Of a DNA stretch of 64,000 nucleotides, positions 1-15,515 are shown in pieces. The translations under genes and the position numbers were made by a program. Under the pieces are notes generated by a model. The model ran no database searches. It was not told the origin of the DNA and was given only the letters and a program-made list of their open reading frames with translations. The stretch comes from Yuukianura sp. NJ FZ-2021 (Eukaryota), in assembly GCA_046563655.1 (NCBI GenBank), contig CM102283.1:3410001-3474000 (forward strand), read 5' to 3'. How positions within the stretch are numbered: the first letter of the stretch is position 1; each line of letters begins with the position of its first letter.

Positions 1-387
1 GATCATGTCGTCCACAATTGCAGCAGCAAAGTTGCTTCTTGGACTTGACATGTCTGTGATGTACTCCCAGTCACGTGGTGTAGTCGGATCGTAGGTTTCG
101 GCACTACTCAGGCGGGAAAACCCATTGAAACCTACCAAATTTTCGAAATTTTGAAAACTTTTGAAATTTTGAAAAATTTGGATTTTGAATTTACCGCCAA
201 TTGAATAGAGCTTGTTCTTGTGAGCAGTGACGACGACGCCGCTTCGCGGGCTTTTCATTGGAAGAATAAAAGTCAGTTCGTTTTCGACTGGATCAAAAAA
301 CGCTGTTCAAAATTCTCAAAACGAATCATTTGGAAATTCAAAATTTTGAGGTTTTTAATCTCACTTGAATCCGCCAGCCACATAGAC
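1..387 (-). pseudogene. Kelch-repeat (KLHL10-like) gene fragment, apparently degenerate; runs off the window start
   Basis: Minus-strand exon pieces translate as YVAGGF / FFDPVENELTFILPMKSPRSGVVVTAHKNKLYSIGG / FNGFSRLSSAETYDPTTPRDWEYITDMSSPRSNFAAAIVDDMI (kelch GG..YDP..W pattern). Splice phases do not join near 300-365, and no upstream exons were found. Confidence 0.6.
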
Positions 388-504
388 TTTCAAATCGAAA
401 TTCAGCGAAGTAAAATCAAAGCAAAAAAAATGGATTTGAAATGAAAACGTTCTTTCCCGCCTTTTTAATTTTTTTTAAAGTTGGTTTTGTGTTTGAAACT
501 ACTG

Positions 505-544
505 TATGTCTGTCCGTATGTCTGTCCGTATGTCTGTCTGTCTG
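505..544 (+). repeat. (TGTC/TGTA/CGTA)n GTCY-type microsatellite, possible HINE/DINE-like remnant
   Basis: tgtatgtctgtccgtatgtctgtccgtatgtctgtctgtctg; same type as the microsatellite in the element at 59696. Confidence 0.5.
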
Positions 545-605
545 CCATTTCGCTACTTACATACGCCGGTTACAACTGCTCATTCCACTTTGTTTTTGAT
601 TTCAG

Positions 606-896
606 ACGAGCGGTTTAAGAGGAGGGCAAGCCGTAACTGGAAATCCGGAGGCCATGCTTGAAGAAGCGGATAGGAAGGAAGCCCAGTTGCAGAATAAGAT
701 TCAAGAAGAGTTCGACAAGTTCATCGCAGAATGGAGACTTAAAATGGAACAAAAGTTCGCACAGGAGAGAGGCGAAATCGAACGGCTGAGAAATGTTGCG
801 ACCGCAATGCTGGAAAAAGATGCCGAAAAAAGTGAAACAACGGAAACCGCTCAAAGTCCTCCGCCACAACAACTGCTGGATTCTGATTCCGATTAG
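606..896 (+). CDS. Probable terminal exon of an unknown coiled-coil protein
   Basis: tttcag acceptor at 605, then an open frame TSGLRGGQAVTGNPEAMLEEADRKEAQLQNKIQEEF...DSDSD*; upstream exon not identified. Confidence 0.4.
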   Translation, partial: TSGLRGGQAVTGNPEAMLEEADRKEAQLQNKIQEEFDKFIAEWRLKMEQKFAQERGEIERLRNVATAMLEKDAEKSETTETAQSPPPQQLLDSDSD

Positions 897-1554
897 GAGA
901 GCTTCCTTAAGTACCTAACTTCCTTTTTGCTTTTACTAAAACTGTGTACGTTAACTGCAATACCGTGATTAGTTAATTACTAATTAACTAATTATTGATT
1001 AATTGAACGTGCCATCATCTGTTGTTGTAAAATGTTAAAACGCCGTAACATTAGTCGGGTTGCCAAACATTGAGCAGGGCAGGAAGCTAACTCAATAGGA
1101 GAGAAATCAAATGCTAAGATTTTAATTAATTATTTAAGTTAATTAGTTAATTAACTTAGACTAATTAACTCATTATGCAAAATTGAACTTAACGACGACA
1201 GATCCACAGCGAATGACGACTTGAAGGCCTTGCTCTAAAAAAAACATGATCAATCTGACAGAGTTTAGAATTAAAAATTTAATTTTCTTCTAAGAAAGCT
1301 AATGAGCTACACTTCTTAACCCCTTTTACAATGCTTCTCAAAGCTAACTAATTAACTTCGTAACAAAATTTAAGTTATATAATTAAGATTTAAGTCGGAG
1401 TTAGACTCCATTCTCATTCCTTTCCCATGCCTTTTATGGGAATTAAAGGCTATATAGCCGTGAAAAATAATTAGTTGTAGTTTTTTTTTCTATTTTGTGG
1501 AACTTGTTAATTTTTGAATGATTTTTGGTGTGAAGTTGACGGACTTTGTGGAGT

Positions 1555-3991
1555 TTACTGTTTGTGGAAGTGAGTCGCCGTTTTGGCGCGTCCTGATGCC
1601 CGATTCGTTGGGATTGAAGTTGGAGAAGGAGTGCGAAAACGAGCTTGTGGAGCTGTGGACACACGACCTTGACCTTGACCTTGATGTTGACCTTGACCTT
1701 TGAGAGTTGCCACAACTTGAGGAGTGTCGCCTTCTTCAGCAGCTCCTTCTTGCCAGTAATGCTGACTGAGCGATGAGAGGTCAACGACGGAAGGCTCTCC
1801 GGAGCCAGAAGTCTCCAGTTCTTCCAGAAGAGCGTCCATTTCATCAACAGTGTATGGGATAGACGACATTGCCTACCAATTTCAAAAAAAAGTTCAAAAA
1901 TTTTTCCAATTTTTAAACTTTACTTTTTTATTTCAAAATTTTCGCTCACCCGTTTTTGGTACCCGGTACGTCCTGGATTGTAAGCTTCGCGTAGATGGCG
2001 TTCCTCGGGCCACGTACTGTCCAGACCGTCACCTCAAAAATTCCAAAGATTAAAACTTGGTACACTTCCAATTTTTTTTTGAATTTCGAAATTTCAAAAA
2101 AAAATACCAAGTGGCCGTGATTGGCTGGTGTTGCTTGGAGTTCCGCGAGCAGTTCCAGGAACAGAGTATTGTTCATCGCTAAAATGTCAAAAAAAATGTA
2201 AATTTTTTTAAAAACTTCATGTTTTTTCAAAAACGAATCCGTACTCGAGGAATTCATAAGAATCGAAGACTGCTGGCCCATGAACCTCCAGAATGCGGGG
2301 TCGGAGGTCACGCAGACTCGGAATGAGTTGATGCATTTCGGTGTGGAAGTTCGGACGCTGTGCAACTTCGTTTTCCATCAATTTCATGTTCGTAAGTCCC
2401 CGACAACCTCGGAGAAACGCAAATCCATCCAAACTTCGGATTTCATTACTAAAAAAGAGTCAAAATGAAATTCAAAATTTCAAAAATTTTCACATTTTTT
2501 GAAAAAGTTACTCCGAGAGATCGACAAATCGAAGCTGAACGCAAGTAGCCAATGGCGATGGGTCGGAAATGTTATTGTCCGCGGCAAACAAATTTTCCAA
2601 ATTCGAGAATCCAAGGGCACCGTCCAGCGATTTCAAGCCACAGCGCATGACTGACAGCGTTTTCAAGTTGGGCAACATACTGCCAAGGTCACTGCAAAAA
2701 AAAACAGTTTTTTTTTCAAAAATGTTTTTCAAAAAAAAGTTTTTTTTTTTAATTTTGAAAACGTACCGTAGCCACTTGAGTTTGCTGTCGTCCAGAACGA
2801 GACAGCGCAGAGCCGGAAGGCGACTGAGCGTTTTGTACAGTCCCTCTTGATGTGGCCAGATCGGTGGAGCGTAGATGATCTTAAGGGAGGAGCCCTTCGT
2901 GTAGGATTCATCGGGTTTTGGCAGGTCAAGGGTCCCTTGGCCCTTCAAGTCATCTTGTTCGGCCTTCTGGATCTTCCGAAGGGCCTCGTCAGTACAGAGT
3001 GTGACGAAGGACTTGTTCATGTCTTGGCCAGAACTTCGGATGAACTCGTCTGCAAAGTCATCGTGACGAATGTCAGACTCAGCCAGACTGCGGATTTGAG
3101 TTGCCGAGAAAAATGGACGACGAGGGGATGCTTCAGCTCTGAAAAAAAAATCAGAAAACTTGAAAAGTTGTTTAAAATTTTGAAGCTTTTCTTAAATTCT
3201 GAAAATTACGGTGTATCATGACTTTGGATTGGACTTTCGGGTGACTGGAAATTGACCAATGACCGGACTGGGCCACCTTTGGAAATACTTGGCAGCATCG
3301 TCTGTGTACTTGGCAGCATCGGTTGTGCTGGAGCAGCTCCAGCTCCGGAAGTCGAAGTGTCCATAGCAACGGATTTCATGGACGGCTGACCTTCTGGACT
3401 GGCCGTGTCGCCGGTAGCTTCAACATCTCCAGCAACAGGTTTCTGGAAGTGAAAATATACAATGTGATTAAAATACTATAATTTTAATCGATTTGAATCA
3501 TTTTCATCGATTTTAATCAACGATTAATTATAAGTGACCTGGACATCATGGTCCTCCTCATGATCAGATTCAGTTATGTAAAGACCTGTGTCCTCAACCT
3601 GGCCAGGATTCACTTCGTCTTGGTCACGTTCATAAAAAATGTCCGGGTATTCTGCAGCAACTCGTGCAAAAATCTTCAAAAACAAACCAAAAAACATTTT
3701 TTCTTCAAAATTTTGAAAATTTTTGAATCTTTTAAATGTACCGTTTGGATATCGCTGTAAGCTTCTTCAAGTCCAGCAAATCCAGGAGCATAGTCAGCGT
3801 ACACTTCTTCGTCTGAGAACTCCTCACTGTCTTGGCCACCAGCAGCGTCAGCCTCACCAGCATCTTGGTGAACTGAAACTGAAAAAAAAGTTTCTTTCAA
3901 CATTTTTCGAAACTATGAGTTCAGATTTTTCAAAATTCGGAGATTCACTTGTACCTTGAGGAACTGGAGTAGATTGATATGGAGTCGCCAT
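1555..3991 (-). CDS. LRRC56: Leucine-rich repeat protein, LRRC56-like (dynein-arm assembly), about 10 exons
   Basis: Phase-consistent spliced model from ATG 3991 (MATPYQSTPVPQ) to stop 1555. LRR core LSRLPALRCLVLDDSKLKWLR/DLGSMLPNLKTLSVMRCGLKSLDGALGFSNLENLFAADNNISD...LRFVDLS.NEIRSLD, plus cap ENEVAQRPNFHTEMHQLIPSLRDL. Confidence 0.75.
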
Positions 3992-4229
3992 GTTTGTCGT
4001 AATTTACTGTTCGGAAATACTGCCAATCCTTTAAAACGTCACGTCGACGAAAACGTTTTCGAACGTTTGCAAAAGTTTTTGAAAGGCGTCTAGAGCAATT
4101 AAGGACTAAGCATACGTTTAAATGGACAAAGACAACCACAAAAGAAGGAACCATAATCCTACCGCGGCAAAATTTGAAAAGTCAACAATATGCTACAAGT
4201 TCAAAATTGTTACGTTTCGAAAACGTTTT

Positions 4230-4243
4230 GTCTCCATGGTAAC
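4230..4243. promoter_or_regulatory. RFX X-box upstream of LRRC56-like gene
   Basis: GTCTCCATGGTAAC matches the X-box consensus GTYNCYATRGNAAC, about 240 bp upstream of the ATG of a ciliary gene. Confidence 0.6.
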
Positions 4244-4418
4244 AGAACACAGTTTTCCAAGAAAAGACCATAAAATACGACTTATGATTAAAACATTTTT
4301 TATTGAAAATGAAAGACACCTTTCGGCAACTTGGAAATTAACAGTGAAGACAACTTGGACTATTTAGATTAAAAAGTCCAAGTTGGATAAAAGAAAAGTC
4401 CGGGAAAATTCAAAAACT

Positions 4419-6949
<2,531 letters not shown>

Positions 6950-7753
6950 TCATTACTCTAAGCGGGAGGTGTAAGTAGAGCTTAGGACTTATTTGAATAA
7001 CTCTTTCGTAGAATCTCCTATTACTTACTTGATTACCAATTAACATAACATTTATACCTCGATTTCGAAGAAATGAACCTATTAATTGATTAATGTAACT
7101 GATTAATAATTGTCAAATTTCCTTTGTTTACATTTTGAATTGCCGAAGGGCGCCAAGCGGTCTGCCAAAAAGATTCTGACACACCTCCCTCACTTCCTTA
7201 TTAGCATAGCTGGGCATCCACAATTTTATTTTATTTTTATATTTTTATTTATTCGCAATTTCACAGCTGAGATTTAGCAAAAACAAGTGGAAAATCAAAT
7301 GTGGAGATTTCAGAGGATTAAAGATTTAGGGAGTTTCCTTTCCGATTAATTGGTAAGTTTAGCATTCAGAATACTAATCTGCTTAACAATAACATTAACG
7401 GACGTCAATTAATATCCTGGGATCAAGGGGACACTGAACACTTCAGAATCTGAAGTTCAGATATTGGACCGACTCTTTGAGCAATATTTGATAACTCAGG
7501 TGAGTTGAACTTAAAGTTATTTAGCATTTTAGTTGTTGTTGGCTTAAGAATATATGTAACACAAGGCGTTGTCTAACGTTGACCTTTGACCCAGAGGAGT
7601 CGTCGACAAGAACAATCACATCTTCAGAAATCTTCAATATTGTTCTACTTCCAGGGAAATCTGACATACGCTCTGCATTAGTGCATGGATAGTTCCATTG
7701 GACTTGGAAGAATAACGAAACCTGTTTGGAGACGTTAACTAACTAGTTTTAAG

Positions 7754-10135
7754 ATGGAGGAAGTTGACTCAATTCTGATTTATACCCTGAATCAGATAGG
7801 GTGGTAAGCATATCCAATCCTTTGCTTTGTCTTGTCTTGGACAACTTTTCGCTGACATGATGTTTGACACTTTTAACCTGATTTTTGTTTTGATTTTTAG
7901 TGACATCGACTCCAAAGTAGAGGGCCTGTCACCGGCACAAATCATCAGATGTGTTACGAAATGCTTTGAACTCATTCGACCTGATTTACAAATTCCTGCC
8001 TACGACGGAACTACTTCCATGTCTGCTCGATACAAAGTGGCCTCACACATTTCACAAGCAATAATCGTAAGTGTAGAGCTTACTCAATTTAACTGTAACT
8101 CAATTACTTAACTCAATTAACTGGGAATTGATTTGTTTCAGGATCTGGGATACAAAGAAGAGGTTGGATGCCAAACGTTTTTATACCCAACAGAAAACGA
8201 TACTCGGAAACTACTAATTTTTATGATGGAGAAACTTCCTAAAGGCATTGACTCTGAACTTGGGAACAACATAGAGACACTAATTTCCAGAATTAATAAG
8301 AAAGATACTGAAAGTGACAACAATAACATACCCAATGGAGACTCCGTATCTAACGGTGTTTCAGTTGGAGTCGGTGGCATTCGTCTCCCCACGGCCGTTG
8401 ACGTTGATTCTCTTCCAAAAGGTACAAGAATTCATACGTTTTAAGCTCACTTTGATTGATTCGGAAAACGTCTTTTGCATTTTCAGAAACGTTGAGGTTT
8501 TATGCTAGTCATTTGGCGGATCTATCTTTCGCCAAGCAGAAAGCCAAATTCAAGAAGCCCGAAAGTGAAGTTGTTGAAGTGCCCGTTCCAAAACCAAGAT
8601 TGCCTTCCATCGACCTAGAAGATGACTTCGGTGATCCCGACGAATCTCCAACAGAACCAGCACCAGCACCGCCCCCAGCAGTAGTTGAGAAGCCCCAAGT
8701 CAAGGAAAAGCCCAAACCCAAAGTGCCCGAGAAACCCACCGTGTCAAAACCAAAACCCCCGATAAAACAGAAGCCCAAACTCTTATCTTCAAGTAGTGTT
8801 GATGCTGATGCTGCTGCTGCTGCTGAAGATGAAAAGAGGAGGAAAGATGCAGAAGATGATCGCCTTGCAGCTGAAGCTGCTGCCAAGATCAAGTCAATCC
8901 AGGAAGAAGTGAAGTCCAAGGCACTCGAACTGCATAAAAGGGAAGCTTCAGTGTCATCTTTGGATCAATCAATACTATCAGCCGAGGAACAAATTTTAAA
9001 GCTAACGAAGGAGCTGGAAAGGCGGCAGAAGGAGGTCGACAGACAAAGAAAAGCAGCGGAGTTACTCAATTCATCGACTGACGGCTTAGAAAAAGTTAAA
9101 AAGGCAGTGGAAGCTCAAATGGAAAAAATTTTAAACTTGGCTGAACAGTGGGAAGTTCATCGAAGGCCACTTTTGGACAACATCCGGAGTTCAAGCGATC
9201 CAGAAAATTTGGTAAGTTGGCATGACAACCTCTACCATGTCATAACCTAACCTCGCCAAAACAATAACTTTGATTTTTTTTTGTTTATAGTCGGACACTC
9301 TGAAACAAAAAGAGGAGATTCGAATGCTAAAGTCAAAGTTGAAGGAAATGGGCCAAGAAGCAAAATCAAAGGAAGAGACGTACAGAGCTTTGCTAATAGA
9401 GTACGAAAAGATGCCAAAGGATCTAAACAGGTTAAAATTTTTTCAAAAACTCAACTCATTGCCAAAAAAAAAAACATTTGAAAATGTTTGTTTTTTATGT
9501 TTAGATCTGCCTATACGAAAAGAATAATGGAGATCATCGGGAATATTAAGAAGCAAAAGAAGGAAATCACCAAAGTTCTGACCGATACAAAAGAAATTCA
9601 AAAAGATATTAACAGTTTGTCAGGCAAAGTGGGCCGAACTTTTGCAGTTGCAGATGAGCTTTTGTTTCAAGTACTTTTAAAATTGAATTTTAAAAACTGT
9701 TAAAATTTTGAAAAATGTTTTTGAAAAACCGGTTTTATATTTAACAAACAGGATGCTGAGAAGGACAAGAACGTTGCCCAGTCCTACAAGCTCTTAGTTG
9801 CCATCCACTCAGATTTTTCCAGAATCATAAAAGTTTTAGAAGACATTGGAAATCTGAAGCGACTTTACAGGGATTTAGAAGACAAAATGGATCTGGAGAA
9901 GGGAAAAAATGTAGAAGGGAAACTGGAGAGGCTGAAAGCTGATTTGGGTCAAATGAAACACGAAAATCAAATACTCCAAGCCAAGCTACGGGATCCAGCA
10001 TTCCAAAAACGACCAAATACTGTTCAACCCCCGCCAGCATCCTCGTCTCCGCCAGCATCTTCATCCCCGCCAGCATCTTCAATCACGCCAGCATCTTCAT
10101 CTCTGCCAGCGTCTTCGTCACCACTACCCGCATGA
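7754..10135 (+). CDS. CCDC22: Coiled-coil domain-containing protein 22 (CCC/Commander complex), 7 exons
   Basis: N-terminus MEEVDSILIYTLNQIG; LGYKEEVGCQTFLYP; LAEQWEVHRRPL; RSAYTKRIMEIIGNIKKQKKEITKVLTDTKEIQKDINSLSGKVGRTFAVADELLF; C-terminal 21-nt repeat (PPASSS)n. Confidence 0.92.
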
Positions 10136-10507
10136 TTCATCGGAAGAGAACAATTAATTGGTAACTTTAGTGTAAACAACGGAATAAGCTCAGCTACTAC
10201 TAAAATAGTCCAGGTCAAAGTCATAGGTAAGGTGTGAAAATTTGAAAAAAAAATTTGAATTTAAATTTTTTAGTATATCTAAAATTTTGAAATTTGAATT
10301 ATGAGAACCAATTTGTCAACAGTTTGTTGGTAAATTGTACAACCCATTGTTTCATATTTTTGGTTTCGTTTTTCAGTCTTCAATTAACAGGAATGCAATT
10401 ATTTTGGAGTTTCAGTTTTTTAGAAAAGCTAACGTTAGTAGTTCTGTTTTTGCCATTCGAGGTCGAAAATGTATCAAAACACAAAATAGAAATGAAATTT
10501 CATTTTA

Positions 10508-10521
10508 GTTGTCATGGCAAC
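10508..10521. promoter_or_regulatory. RFX X-box upstream of the first CDC50 paralogue
   Basis: GTTGTCATGGCAAC, a near-palindromic X-box about 215 bp upstream of ATG 10735. Confidence 0.5.
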
Positions 10522-10734
10522 GCCATCTTAATTTTGTTTTCTAAGGAATGTTTACGGCGAAACTGCATTTTTTTTTTAATTTTTGGAACAAAATGTTGAC
10601 CACGCGTAAACCATCAAGGTTTTTGTAGTTTAGAAACTTCAACATTTTTGTTCGCCCTTGTGTGACCACTTTCAAGGGTCGTTTTTTAAAAAAAGTTTTT
10701 TTTTTTTTTTTTCAAAATTTGGAAAGTTTGAACA

Positions 10735-12097
10735 ATGGCTCAAAGTCAAGGTGATATTCATGCAAATCTGCTGGATGGCAAGAAGAAGGAAATCAAATAC
10801 AGTAACTACGCTATCTAACTAATTTCGAAATTTAAAAAATTCAAAACTAGTTTTTCTAACATTTTTTTTAAATTTTTAGATACGCGATTCAAACAGCAGA
10901 CTCTGCCACACTTGAGAATCAACGTGAGTCCGGCTGGACTTGCATCTTTGACTATAGTCATTGGAGTTCTGTTTATACCGACCGGAAGTGTGCTCATCTA
11001 CTCCGCTGGACAAGCCAAGGAAGTCATCATTGACTACACCAATCAATGTCCCCACAAAAATTCAAGTTTGTGTCCAACCTCAAAGCTGTCCAACAGAACG
11101 CTAAACTACTGCTGCAATGTTACCTTTACTCTTCGCACTGATTTTACGGTAACTCTAACAAGTATTCCAGCACGTATTCAGCAACATTTTTTGAAAATTT
11201 TCCAAATTCTGAATTTTGGCTTGAAATTCTGAAATTTTGATTTTGTGATCTAGGGCAAAGTGTACATCTACTATGGACTGACCAAGTTTCATCAAAATCA
11301 TCGCATGTTTTCGAAATCTCGAGACGACAGGCAGTTGTACGGCGGAACTGGAAAGCCAGCATCCGAATGCAAGCCGTTTGACTTTGACAAGAATTCGAGC
11401 AAACCGCTGTGGCCGTGTGGAGCTTTGGCAAATGCAATGTTTCAAGATCGACTGAAAATCTACTACCTAGACGGTGGATCTTCTGGAAAGAAAGGCCCTG
11501 GAGAAAAGGAAATCAAAGTACAACGAACTGGAATCGCCTGGAAGTCAGACATTTCATACAAGTTCAAAAATCCACCGGGGTGGAAGTCTCCGAAGTTTCA
11601 GAAGGAACATGCACCTCCTGCAAGTAAAAACTTACAACTAATCCCGAAAAACTTTTTTTAATTTTTCGAACAAAAGTTCGTTTTTTTTTCGTTTTGTTAG
11701 AGTGGCGTATCCTTCCGTGGGAATTGGACGATGGACTTCAGAATGAGGATTTCGTGATTTGGATGAGAGTCGCTGCGTTACCGGAGTTTAGAAAAGTGTA
11801 TGGAATTGTAGACGGTGACATGCGGAAAGGGAAGTATCGAATGGAAGTGGAACACAGTAAGCAACGGAAATTATAATAAATTATAGTAAATATATATTTT
11901 AATTAAATATGTTTTTATTAGATTTTGATGTAAAGTCGTTTGATGGGACCAAGTCGATTATAATTGCAACGAAAGCGATGTTCGGTGGAAAGAATCCTTT
12001 TCTGGGAATCGTCTATGTGTCACTCGGAGTTCTATTTGTGATTACTGGACTCTTCTTCCTCTACATCTACTTCAACTCACTCAGCACACACTTGTAG
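10735..12097 (+). CDS. CDC50/TMEM30 P4-ATPase beta subunit, divergent paralogue (5 exons)
   Basis: [73 protein letters not shown] and two TM segments. Confidence 0.9.
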
Positions 12098-13373
12098 AAA
12101 GTACAAATGGACACAAACGTTAATCCAGAACCAACTCCTATTCTAATTAGTAATCAAAATTCATCAGTTTTTGTAATTTCGCTGAAATCTTAAAGAGTTC
12201 TCTTCCTTAAACGAATGGATAACTGTTTATAGCAGTCTCATTTCAACTGAGTTTTCGTCCCTCTAATCAGTTTTGCTGAATGAATGTTATGCCTTAACTT
12301 TAATTAATTAATTATGTAATTGGTAAATTAGTTTATCGCTTTAGTTTATAGCTTTTAAAGGTAAACAAAGCTTCTGGAAGTGTCAACAAACTGGCGTAAG
12401 TAAAAGCTACCCACTGTTCATAGCACCCCAATGTGCAGAGTTGGGCAATTTTTATTTTTGATACGCCTTGAATTTTGAATTACTAATGTAATTAATTGAG
12501 ATTAACAAGTGGGGTAAACTAATGTTCCATTATTTGGCATTTAGTATGATATAATTAACATTTAACTTTAGTATTCCACTTAAATGAACCTTTAGAAAAT
12601 CCTATTTGATGTAAGGTTTTTAGTTTTACAGAGTTTACTGAAACACTTCCTGTCTGATTCATAGAAAAGTTGGATTGGATTTCGATTATCGATTACTGAA
12701 TGTTGACGTCGTCAGTAGTCCATGTGAGTCGTACCAGTAATTAGTTAATCAAGGTCGTTTAGTGATATTGATTGATCGATTCCAAGTCAGAAGTGGTCAA
12801 GGTCAGAGTGCAATAACAATTAATAACATGAATTGAGATTGACAGACTAATTGAGTTTAAGTATTGCGCATGTGCTTAGAAGCTCCAGCCGTCCAGCAGC
12901 TGTTTTAATTCATTTCGTGGTACTGCTGCCGCACCTTGGACGATTAGGACGATTAGTCTTCAGAAATCCGACGATTGCTAGTTAATTGAATTACAGGTGA
13001 GTTTCGGATGGAATGGATGAAACAAGGATGGATGATGGATGATGCATAGCTAATCAGATAAAGCAAATATTGAAAAAAGATAAGATTAGACATTGCCATT
13101 GACGAGTGTAAGTACTAATTCAGACATTTTTATCTGCAGGATTCAGGAAGCTGGAGTGGAGCAATGCTGCTGAAGTAAAACGGGGAGTCCACTACTTTCT
13201 TACATCGACAGTGGTGACACAACGAAGAAAGTGGAAGAGAAGGCGAGAGCTAAAGGTCAAACGTTGACATTTCGACGAAGAAGGAGCTTCTTGCCCTTCC
13301 GGAAATTCCGAGGAACTTGTGCTACTAGTTGTATCTTGAGTATTGAGTTTGCGTTACCTTCTGTCTTTTAATC

Positions 13374-15174
13374 ATGGCTAACGTTGTACCACTGGAAACA
13401 AGTGCCAGTACTTCCAGTGATTCAAATCAAACCAAGTCCAAGAAACCTTCAAGTGAGTCCACCACTAACTAAATCTTAAGTTTTAACCAATTTATGAGCA
13501 ACTAAGTTTCAACTGTTTTATTTTCCAGATTCTGCATTTAAGCAACAGAGGCTCGCTGCTTGGCAACCCATCTTAACAGCCGGAACCGTTTTACCTACGT
13601 TTTTCGTCATTGGGATTCTCTTCATTCCTGTTGGAATTGGACTCTGGTACTTTTCAGACAACGTCAGTGAGAAGATCATTGAATACACCAATTGTACGTC
13701 CATGTACAATGAATCCCTGAAGTGTGCCGATGTCATTGACGAATACCAAAGGTCACCTGACGCTGCCAGAGGCATAAAGTTTCCCGAGTGCATTTGTAAA
13801 GTTAATTTTACGCTGGACAAGACGTTCAGGGTAACTGTATTTCCATATTCCACTTACTAAAAAAAACCTAACCTGAGTTAGTTTACTAACGATGAGAACT
13901 AATTAGTAATCGTGTCTTATTTCTAGGGAAAAGTGTATGTGTACTACGGATTAACCAACTTTTACCAAAACCATCGACGATATGTCAAGTCGCGTGACGA
14001 TGCCCAATTATTCGGTGGTACAGATAAGCCTGTAGCGGACTGCAATCCATACGCCATGGAAGGTACTTTGTAATACAATTAAGTTACTATATAGTTACGT
14101 TTCATTAGAAATTGAGGAATTCATGAATCGATTTGGATTGGAAATATTAACTTGTTATGGTATTTCGCAGGTGACAAAATCATTTGGCCATGTGGTGCTA
14201 TTGCCAATTCCATGTTCCAAGATGACATTTCGATTTATTCTTACCAATGCGTTAATCCCAATGAGTGTCCCGTGCTGGTGAACCTAAAACGAACCGGAAT
14301 TGCTTGGGAGTCTGACAAGGCCTACAAGTTCAAAAATCCAGACAACTGGATGTCAGAGGATTTTAAACGAGAGCATGTCAAGCCCAAATGTAAGAATGCT
14401 AAATAAATATTGTGACTAATCGTCTGATTAATCAAATTAATCTTCTGATTCTGATTAATCGACTAAATGTTCTGGTTTTCGTTATAGCTTGGCGAAAAAG
14501 TCCGTGGGAACTAGATCCTGAGAATCCGGACAACAATGGACTCCAGAATGAAGATTTCATCGTCTGGATGAGAACTGCGGCGCTACCGAATTTCCGAAAG
14601 TTGTATCGAATCGTGGATAACAAGGGTGGCTTCCGCGATGGTGTCGCCAATGGAACTTACCATCTACTAATTAACTACTGTAAATCGCAATCAAGTCAGT
14701 CAACTACTGGTCACAATGACAAAGTAACGTCAACGTGTTTTGAATCTATTTTTAGCGTATCCGGTGACAGCCTTTCAAGGAACCAAGTCCGTTATCATCT
14801 CCACAACATCGCTTTTGGGCGGAAAGAATCCGTTCTTGGGCATTTCCTATGTTGTAGTGGGCAGTATATGCCTTGTTCTTGGCATCGTGTTTCTCTTCAT
14901 CCATATCAACTGCGGAAAAAGGTAACGCAACACTTGGAGTTTCAAAAATTTCTAACAATTTTGGAAGAATTCTGTGAAGAATTTTGAAACTTGGGAAGAA
15001 TTTTAAGGAATTCTTTGCAGAATTTTTGACACATTCTTTCAAGAATTTTGGGGAATTCTTTGAAGAATTTTGAATAATTTTTTGAAGAATTCTTTGAAGA
15101 ATCAATTGCTGATCCGTGATTGATTGTTTAGCACATTCGAGATGACAGACGTGAATCCGAGGACACCTTACTGA
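13374..15174 (+). CDS. TMEM30A: CDC50/TMEM30A P4-ATPase beta subunit, conserved paralogue (7 coding exons)
   Basis: [84 protein letters not shown]; last exon 15132-15174 ([13 protein letters not shown]). Confidence 0.93.
14955..15102. repeat. Degenerate GAAGAATT(C/T)T tandem repeat inside the last CDC50 intron
   Basis: About ten imperfect aagaattc/aagaattt units at roughly 12-bp spacing. Confidence 0.6.
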
Positions 15175-15515
15175 AGAGGTGGACATGGCCATGGACATTT
15201 GGATGTCCACCAAGTCATCATCGTTGTATTAACGGTAGGAATTCCCTGTTTAGTGAAGTAATCTTATCAGCACTGCTTTAATCCTCGTGTTAAGTGCTCC
15301 ACTCTAAACTCTTCACAAGTTTTTTTAATTGACTAACTAAAAAATATAGTCGCAAAAATGCACAGTAGAAAAACAAGAAAGCACAAAAAGTCTATTTTGC
15401 GTCGCGTTAGCGTATTTACTTCCAAACTTTAAGTTCAATTGCGTTCCTGATTAATATAAACTGTTTAGGTTTAGTAAAATCTTTAACAGATGAAAAATTA
15501 ATTAAAATTGCCTAA

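Noticed and set aside
3357-3370. X-box-like GTGTCCATAGCAAC
   Set aside because: Lies inside a coding exon of LRRC56-like; may be chance.
7270-7740. Exon-like blocks with donors upstream of CCDC22
   Set aside because: No ATG-initiated spliced ORF of useful length; probably 5' UTR exons.
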